From: a virus
Lineage: Duplodnaviria > Caudoviricetes
Strand: one strand, 5' to 3'
IMG/VR virus record: IMGVR_UViG_3300020045_005072
Span: 1 to 29,319 of that record
DNA: 29,319 bases
Shown here: piece by piece, positions 23,629 to 29,319 of the stretch
Layout of the letters: each line of letters begins with the position of its first letter
Position numbering within the stretch: the stretch's first letter is position 1
Translations under genes and position numbers: made by a program
The notes under the pieces: model-generated
The model's input: only the letters and a program-made list of their open reading frames with translations
What the model was told of the DNA's origin: nothing
Databases searched by the model: none

Positions 23629-23972
23629 TATTTCATTCGTTTTTTAGATTGTTCAAATTCCTCATCATCTATCATTGCTCTATGATAAATAAAGTTTTGC
23701 GTTTCTGAGTTTTTATTTTTTAATTCAAGTTCAATTGTTTCTTGGTCTATTTTCTTTAATTCTCGATTGCTTTTCATAACATAGAAATAAATTCTAAATC
23801 CAAAGTAAATAAATGCCAAAGCACTTGATGCTACCTTTATTGAATTGTCAATGTTTGAAAGTATGTTTGTTATCTGAAACGCAATAGCAATTTTTGCGTA
23901 TTCAGCAAATATAAAGGTGCTAATAGCACCGAACAAACCATCAAAAAGTAAAAGGTATTGCTTTAAATTCAT
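23628..23972 (-). CDS. Membrane protein with coiled-coil tail (holin/antiholin candidate)
   Basis: Two hydrophobic segments followed by a charged coiled coil; lysis cassette context. Confidence 0.55.
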   Translation of the reverse strand: MNLKQYLLLFDGLFGAISTFIFAEYAKIAIAFQITNILSNIDNSIKVASSALAFIYFGFRIYFYVMKSNRELKKIDQETIELELKNKNSETQNFIYHRAMIDDEEFEQSKKRMK

Positions 23973-23973
23973 A

Positions 23974-24315
23974 TTATTTTCTCTGTATATAAAAATGTGC
24001 GCTTAATAAAAATACTACTGCAAATACAATATAGGCTAATATTCTTTCGTATTGTGCATATAACTCATTTTGAACCATCAATGATGTAAAGGTATTAAAA
24101 AAAGCAATTACACAAAGTCCTATTACGGAAATTTTTGTGTAATCGCTAAATTTCCCATAAAAAAAATAAAAATAAACGTAAACTAAGCACGTTAATAATG
24201 AGTGCCCAAATAGGTTTCCTATCGTTATCCACAAATGATTATCTACATCAATTGAGTAAACAAAAAATGTAAGTATCAAATGTAAATGCGGAATAAAACC
24301 TATTACGTTTTTCAT
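23974..24315 (-). CDS. Multi-pass membrane protein (about 4 TM)
   Basis: Four hydrophobic stretches in 113 aa. Confidence 0.6.
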   Translation of the reverse strand: MKNVIGFIPHLHLILTFFVYSIDVDNHLWITIGNLFGHSLLTCLVYVYFYFFYGKFSDYTKISVIGLCVIAFFNTFTSLMVQNELYAQYERILAYIVFAVVFLLSAHFYIQRK

Positions 24316-24446
24316 TATTTTGGGTTTTTAGTACCGCCTCCGATTTTTTCTCCCGTTTCAATATTGACTAACGTTTCAATCTCCCAACCTAACAATCTCA
24401 ATTTGCTATTGCACTCGTCAATCAATGCTTCTAATTCTGGTGTCAT
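24315..24446 (-). CDS. Small protein, 43 aa, ending IGGGTKNPK (not in ORF track)
   Basis: MTPELEALIDECNSKLRLLGWEIETLVNIETGEKIGGGTKNPK; TAATG coupling to the membrane protein gene. Confidence 0.6.
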   Translation of the reverse strand: MTPELEALIDECNSKLRLLGWEIETLVNIETGEKIGGGTKNPK

Positions 24447-24456
24447 AATATTTAAT

Positions 24457-25239
24457 TTAAAATGTGTTATAAAATTTTCCCGCTCCTGCGTTGTATAATT
24501 CTGTAGCTTGTGTTGCTCCGAAACTTACGCCTTTCCAAAACGCCACCTCGTCTAAACTTCCTTTATGCTTTAAGTCAATAAGTGCGCTTGTGTTATTCCA
24601 ACTTCCGTAACCTAACCTTGTTAAATTAGTTCCGTTATTCATTCTTGTATAAGTACCACCACTATTTACATCACTTGCTACATTTAGCGAACCATTTACA
24701 TAAATTTTAGTGCTACCTAACGAACTTGTTCCGTCCAATGTAATTAAAATATGATACCAAGTGCCAGTTGAAAATAAACCCGTTGCAGTTGTCGTGCTTT
24801 GTACTATTGAATTATTGTTATATTCGAACTTTGCAAAGTTTAAACCACCACCGCTTATAAATGCTAACTGCCATTCATCGCTTCCGTTTGTTGCTCCTCT
24901 TTTATTCGCTAACCAATTCCCGATTGGAGAAAAAGCACTAAAATTAACCCACATAGATATTGCGCCAGAAACATCATTTGTACCATTAGTAAAACTAAAG
25001 TCTGTACTATCTGCGATATTAACCCAATTTAGGTTAGTGTTATTTCCAAAATCAATACAATTACTATTTTTACCACTTGGAAATGTTGGCGAACCAACAA
25101 CCGTTCCGTTGTGCGTTCCCGTATGAATGTCTGTTGCGTTGCTTGCATCAAATGAATAGTAAGCTACTAAGTTTGTTAAGAAGTTAGTGCTTGGTAAACC
25201 GCCTCTACTCATCGAATTTATTAAACTATAATATCTCAT
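24457..25239 (-). CDS. LamG/concanavalin-A-like lectin domain protein (receptor-binding, fibre-associated)
   Basis: LVAYYSFD, ISMWVN, GTWYHI, KIYVNG, GSLDEVAFW, ELYN.G motifs. Confidence 0.85.
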   Translation of the reverse strand: MRYYSLINSMSRGGLPSTNFLTNLVAYYSFDASNATDIHTGTHNGTVVGSPTFPSGKNSNCIDFGNNTNLNWVNIADSTDFSFTNGTNDVSGAISMWVNFSAFSPIGNWLANKRGATNGSDEWQLAFISGGGLNFAKFEYNNNSIVQSTTTATGLFSTGTWYHILITLDGTSSLGSTKIYVNGSLNVASDVNSGGTYTRMNNGTNLTRLGYGSWNNTSALIDLKHKGSLDEVAFWKGVSFGATQATELYNAGAGKFYNTF

Positions 25240-26885
25240 TATGCCTCTTGATTAATTCCTAATACATCCCACTTTGCATCTGTAGAGTTATAAATAATAC
25301 CTAAATATAAAGTCTTACTTATTACGGTTGTTGTTGGTAAAGTAACTCCTATTGCTCTGTAATTACTTCCAAATGTAATGCTTCTTGCCGTTCCGTTGTC
25401 TTTAATTCTAATCATTAATGCTTGACCTTCTTTGAATGTTCCAGTTGGGTTAGATAATGTTAAACCAGTTGCTTGTGCAGTTATTGTTACGATGTCGTTT
25501 GTTGAAACTGGTGTTACCGTTGCGCTACTTGTTACAGTTTGCAATTTAGGTGTATCTACATAAATCTTTTGTGTTAAACTTAAATCTGTTAAGTTAGGTG
25601 TAAAATCAACTTCGCCCTCTAAACCTTTAAAAGAAGTGTTATCACTTGCTTTTAAAATTAATTGGCCATCAACGGATATTTGAATTGCTCCTTGCTCTAA
25701 ATCTCCTAAATAATAACCACCACCACCCGTAATAGGCTTAATAGATACTGCATCTTCTAAAATTAAATCCCCAGTAATAGGCGAACCAACTTCTGTTCCT
25801 GATAGTGGGATAAAATCCCCACCAGTACCACCATCATTATAACCTACTAATTGAAAATGAGTTCCATCGTACATTAAAAAATGAACTCCTAATAAGTCAT
25901 CAGCAACCAATTGATTAGCTATTTCTTTTCGAATTTCTTTAACCCCTAATCCATTAACATTTATAGTTGATGCACCAGTATTTGAATTTTCAAAAGAACA
26001 AAGAATTTTATAACCCTCTATCAATTCTGTAACTTCGGGTACTGTAGCCGTATAATTGTCTGTTCCTAATGCAATAACCCCCGATGCTTTATCTTCTTTA
26101 ATTGGAAAACTTACAATGTTAATTGACTTTCTAATTATTGCAGCGTACCATCCGTTTACCTTAACACTTCCATCGTCATCTGATAAAATATATAAAGTAG
26201 CTGGATTGTCAATGTGTTCTTGATAGTCAATAGAAAATGGCTCATTACCTATAATTCTATTGTTTGAAGAAATGTTTTTAATTTGACCGCTAAAAATAGG
26301 TAAATCATATTGCGCTACCGAACCCTCGCCAACTCTTAAAAATACTAAATACTTTTGGTTTGCCGAAGTAGTTGTTAATGATAAATCTACACGTAAATCT
26401 AAAGTATCCCCTATTGATAATTGACTAAAATCAAATTCATTTGTAGTGGTATTAAATAATGTAGAAACTCCGTAAGGTGCTTGTGTTAAATTCGTTTGAG
26501 CACCTAATCCGTCATTCGTTAATTTCTTATTCGTATCTGCAACAATCGTTAAAGGTGTTGTTTGCGTTGCTGTATCGGTATAATGAAAATAACCAACACT
26601 TGAAAATAATTCCTCTGGTTTATTTTTTATAAAATCTTTTTGAGTGTCGTCAGATTGTTCCCAATCCGCTTGAACGTTTACCTCTGCACCAGCTTCAATT
26701 CCATCAAGTTTAGTAACTTCGTCATCAGTATAATTATTATCCGACAATTCTTTACCAACTACTTTATCAACTTTCGTTGTATAAAGTTCGGTGTTCATAT
26801 CTTCTTGCTTTTGGAATGCAACCCTTAACGCATCGCCAGTTCCATCGTTTGCAATTGTTCCAACGTCAAAATTTTCTTGTGCCAT
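25239..26885 (-). CDS. Tail fibre protein, mosaic
   Basis: N-terminal ANDGTGDALR.AF motif, KELSDNNYTDDE..KLDGIEAGAEVNVQADW, NTGASTINVNGLG.K.I, and a C-terminal RIKDNGTARSITF...LPTTTV module. Confidence 0.85.
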   Translation of the reverse strand: MAQENFDVGTIANDGTGDALRVAFQKQEDMNTELYTTKVDKVVGKELSDNNYTDDEVTKLDGIEAGAEVNVQADWEQSDDTQKDFIKNKPEELFSSVGYFHYTDTATQTTPLTIVADTNKKLTNDGLGAQTNLTQAPYGVSTLFNTTTNEFDFSQLSIGDTLDLRVDLSLTTTSANQKYLVFLRVGEGSVAQYDLPIFSGQIKNISSNNRIIGNEPFSIDYQEHIDNPATLYILSDDDGSVKVNGWYAAIIRKSINIVSFPIKEDKASGVIALGTDNYTATVPEVTELIEGYKILCSFENSNTGASTINVNGLGVKEIRKEIANQLVADDLLGVHFLMYDGTHFQLVGYNDGGTGGDFIPLSGTEVGSPITGDLILEDAVSIKPITGGGGYYLGDLEQGAIQISVDGQLILKASDNTSFKGLEGEVDFTPNLTDLSLTQKIYVDTPKLQTVTSSATVTPVSTNDIVTITAQATGLTLSNPTGTFKEGQALMIRIKDNGTARSITFGSNYRAIGVTLPTTTVISKTLYLGIIYNSTDAKWDVLGINQEA

Positions 26886-27344
26886 TTAGTACCAAGTGTT
26901 AAAAGGTTTCTTTTTTACAATATTCGCTTGTGTATATTCGGGAATGTCAATTGTTTTTAAATATTCCAACAATTGACCCTCAAAATTAATTGCTAATTTA
27001 CGATATTTTTCCGCAAGTATTTGAGTTTGTTTTAAATCAATATTTTCAGCGTTTTCAATTGTCATTTTAACCATTCCGTTATTGACAACTTTCACGCCAG
27101 CAAATTCAATAAAATAAGCCGTTGCATAATATGACAAAATAAATATTAAATAGTCGTCATAAATGGTCAAATATTCATCAACTAAAACGTCATCCAACAT
27201 TTTATCGTACAATTCTTTACCTAATATTCGTTTAATATCGGTTACCTGAGCCGTAAAAATATGTGGCTTTAAACTATCAATATCAATGTTCCCCGATAAA
27301 GAAGTAATTCGTGGTATGTCGTTAGGCTTGAGTAGTAGTTTCAT
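26886..27344 (-). CDS. Putative head-tail adaptor (head completion) protein
   Basis: Directly after the portal; GNIDID.L.P.I..AQ...I..ILG..LY pattern; helical. Confidence 0.55.
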   Translation of the reverse strand: MKLLLKPNDIPRITSLSGNIDIDSLKPHIFTAQVTDIKRILGKELYDKMLDDVLVDEYLTIYDDYLIFILSYYATAYFIEFAGVKVVNNGMVKMTIENAENIDLKQTQILAEKYRKLAINFEGQLLEYLKTIDIPEYTQANIVKKKPFNTWY

Positions 27345-28416
27345 CGCTTTTTATTTCTTCGTTAGTTTCAAAATCTTTAAATTCTAATTCTTCAATTCCA
27401 ATAGCTTTGAAAAATGGCGCAATACCGCTTATAAAAGTTCTACGGTAAGGGTTTATTTTCATTCTGTATAAATCCTTTAAAGCTACTTCCCTTTCATCTG
27501 CATTACTTGAAAATCCGTTCCCAGTATTCGAACCAGCAAAAATAACTTTAGGTGCGGAATGTGCAACGATTAACTTACGTTCGGCTTCTTCACTATAAAA
27601 TACGTTGTGTTGTGCGAACTCAGGCGGCGCAACTCTATCAACGGTAAGCGCATTTTCCATACTTTCGTTTTGTGAAACTACAACTTTACCAGCGTTATTA
27701 GTTCCGACAACTTTTTCACGAATAGCATCAGCATCTTTTTTAGCTTCGTCAGGGTCTGCAATCATACCATTATTTGAATTGATAATAGTAATATCTTCCA
27801 TTCCGTTACGATACTTATTAACTCCAGTATTCGCAATTTCGCCCTCAATTTGCGCCCAAGGTATTCCACTTAAATAGTCGGGTATTGGAAAAAATGGTTC
27901 TTCGGTAGGTCTGCGTATGTAAATTATCTCTAAAGGGTTTTCATTCCATTTGCCAGTGAATATTGGATATAATTGTGGTTTGTATCTGTATCGATTTTCC
28001 CAGTCGTAAGAGTACCAATAACCATTTACTTTTACACTTTGATTGTCGTAGTTTGGTGCAAGTTTATAAATAGGGATATACTCTAATTTCAAAGGCTCGT
28101 TTTGAATATTCCAAATTACTTGAAGTGCGCAACCACCATATTTATATAAATCCTTAACGGCTAATTCTTGGTCGTCTATTGAAAGATATTTATCAATTCC
28201 AACAATACCCTCGCCAAAGATATAAGAGGCGTAAGAGTTAATTATTGATGCATTTGTTGGGCTGTCATCGTAAGCATCTCGGTAAATCTTGAAGTTAATA
28301 TTATTAACGCCATTAGTTACCCAATTTCTGCCGAAAACTGGTTTAATATCAATAGGTTGGTACTTTGAAAATGCTTCAAAAGTATAAACATTATTCTTTG
28401 AATTGGAAGTACTCAT
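27322..28416 (-). CDS. Portal protein (compact, 364 aa)
   Basis: SPTNASII...I.GEG, DL..YGG.ALQVIW, P.PDY..G, G..NAGK.VV, I.VAH..P...G...G.GFSSNADE pattern of Bacteroidota siphovirus portals. Confidence 0.75.
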   Translation of the reverse strand: MSTSNSKNNVYTFEAFSKYQPIDIKPVFGRNWVTNGVNNINFKIYRDAYDDSPTNASIINSYASYIFGEGIVGIDKYLSIDDQELAVKDLYKYGGCALQVIWNIQNEPLKLEYIPIYKLAPNYDNQSVKVNGYWYSYDWENRYRYKPQLYPIFTGKWNENPLEIIYIRRPTEEPFFPIPDYLSGIPWAQIEGEIANTGVNKYRNGMEDITIINSNNGMIADPDEAKKDADAIREKVVGTNNAGKVVVSQNESMENALTVDRVAPPEFAQHNVFYSEEAERKLIVAHSAPKVIFAGSNTGNGFSSNADEREVALKDLYRMKINPYRRTFISGIAPFFKAIGIEELEFKDFETNEEIKSDETTTQA

Positions 28417-28717
28417 CTTTTTGTGTGTTATATTCGTAATTCTGTACGTCAGTATCTTGTTTTAATACGATTAATTTACCCGAATATAGCAAATAATCGC
28501 CATCTTTAAGAGTAAATTCGTATTTATTTTGTATTGCGAAATCTGTTGGTTGTGTTGTGATTGTAATATTTAGTTTATTATCAATCGTATGTGTAAGGCT
28601 TGGTGTGATAATAACGTCCGTAAGCTCATTTCTTAATGATAATGAAAGGTTTTCAATCGTATAATTTCGCGGAATACACGAAAAAGTCAATGGTTGGTTA
28701 AAAAATAATACTTTCAT
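28391..28717 (-). CDS. Structural/hypothetical beta-rich protein, 108 aa
   Basis: Between tail tube and portal genes; IPR and LLYSGKL motifs. Confidence 0.6.
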   Translation of the reverse strand: MKVLFFNQPLTFSCIPRNYTIENLSLSLRNELTDVIITPSLTHTIDNKLNITITTQPTDFAIQNKYEFTLKDGDYLLYSGKLIVLKQDTDVQNYEYNTQKDEYFQFKE

Positions 28718-28730
28718 TTTGTTTTGGTAT

Positions 28731-28759
28731 AAAAAAAGCCTACCATAAGATAGGCTTTT
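28731..28759 (-). terminator. Intrinsic terminator after tail tube gene
   Basis: AAAAGCCTA-TCTTATGG-TAGGCTTTT followed by TTT. Confidence 0.8.
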
Positions 28760-28774
28760 ATTAATTAATTAAGT

Positions 28775-29317
28775 CTATACGTAAGTTTTTAACGCTGCTG
28801 CATAGTCAGTAAGTCCATCCCCAGTTAAAATATACAAAGAAGATAAATCCGCTTCCATAGTATTAAGTGTGATTTGACCGCCTTTAAAGTCTCCAATTGT
28901 ACCACCACCATTATAGATAGGTGCACTTGCTAAAACTCCGTTTTGACTTCCTATTGCTTTTACCGTTCCATCGTAGTACTCTAAGAAAACCACGTTTTCG
29001 TATTTCGTAAGCTCAGTTAGTAAATTAGCAATTTCTAACTCTGCGCCTTTAGGCTCTGAAAAGAAAACCGTAATCGCTCCGTTGTAACCTACGTTACGAT
29101 TGTCGCCACCACTAATTCCAGTTTCTACGTAATTAGTAGTTGTATTTTTAACCTCTAAACGAGCGATTGTATTTGCACCGAAATACGTCGCTAAGTCAAC
29201 AACTCCAGTTGAAGTTGTTACTATTCGGTTTGTTGAATTAAAAGCACCTACACCGATGGCACGAACTCCAGCTTGTACAGATTGGTCTTTTAATTTTACC
29301 GATTTTGTTAATGTCGT
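28775..29317 (-). CDS. Major tail (tube) protein-like, 5'-truncated by the window edge (longer than the ORF-track call)
   Basis: Frame open to the edge: TTLTKSVKLKDQSVQAGVRAIG...GSQNG...GGTIGDFKGGQITLNTME; followed by a strong terminator. Confidence 0.55.
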   Translation of the reverse strand, partial: TTLTKSVKLKDQSVQAGVRAIGVGAFNSTNRIVTTSTGVVDLATYFGANTIARLEVKNTTTNYVETGISGGDNRNVGYNGAITVFFSEPKGAELEIANLLTELTKYENVVFLEYYDGTVKAIGSQNGVLASAPIYNGGGTIGDFKGGQITLNTMEADLSSLYILTGDGLTDYAAALKTYV

Positions 29318-29319
29318 TG

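Noticed and set aside
24457-26885. Diversity-generating retroelement or invertible fibre cassette
   Set aside because: No reverse transcriptase, recombinase or duplicated template/variable repeat was seen in the window.
1629-27877. All plus-strand ORFs in the track (e.g. 1629..1817, 13024..13251, 16878..17234, 20592..20933, 24761..25126, 27605..27877)
   Set aside because: They are antisense shadows of well-supported minus-strand genes, with F/S/L/I-biased composition and no recognisable motifs.
1-29319. Genome-wide stop-codon reassignment
   Set aside because: Long genes are uninterrupted in the standard code and TAA, TAG and TGA all occur as coupled stops.
1-29319. Lysogeny module, tRNA genes, host genes or att sites
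   Set aside because: No integrase, divergent repressor, cloverleaf or host housekeeping gene was recognised; lifestyle cannot be decided from this window.

Overview
AT-rich segment of a tailed (siphovirus-like) phage of Bacteroidota, most likely Flavobacteriaceae. The host call rests on TAnnTTTG promoters, no Shine-Dalgarno signals, a DUF3127-type SSB and a BT4734/PriCT-2/VirE-type primase-helicase. Every credible gene is on the minus strand. In transcription order (right to left): tail tube (partial), portal, adaptor, tail fibre, LamG protein, lysis cassette (three membrane proteins and a GH24 endolysin), metallophosphoesterase, u-spanin-like lipoprotein, about 25 small early genes including a predicted outer-membrane beta-barrel, recombination/replication genes (annealase-like, YqaJ exonuclease, SSB, GIY-YIG endonuclease, SF2 helicase, primase-helicase, putative origin, VRR-NUC), terS, terL, a tail chaperone with an unannotated -1 frame extension, tail terminator, two gp10-like paralogs and tail-tip proteins (last one partial). 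No integrase, tRNA or CRISPR array was seen. The most interesting signals are non-coding: two sequence-unrelated leader RNAs with the same kissing-loop/attenuator architecture, candidate sRNAs (one complementary to a phage start-codon region), three Fur-box-like palindromes upstream of phage promoters, and a shared GAAA/GAGUA internal-loop motif. All calls come from reading motifs by eye; no database search was run.
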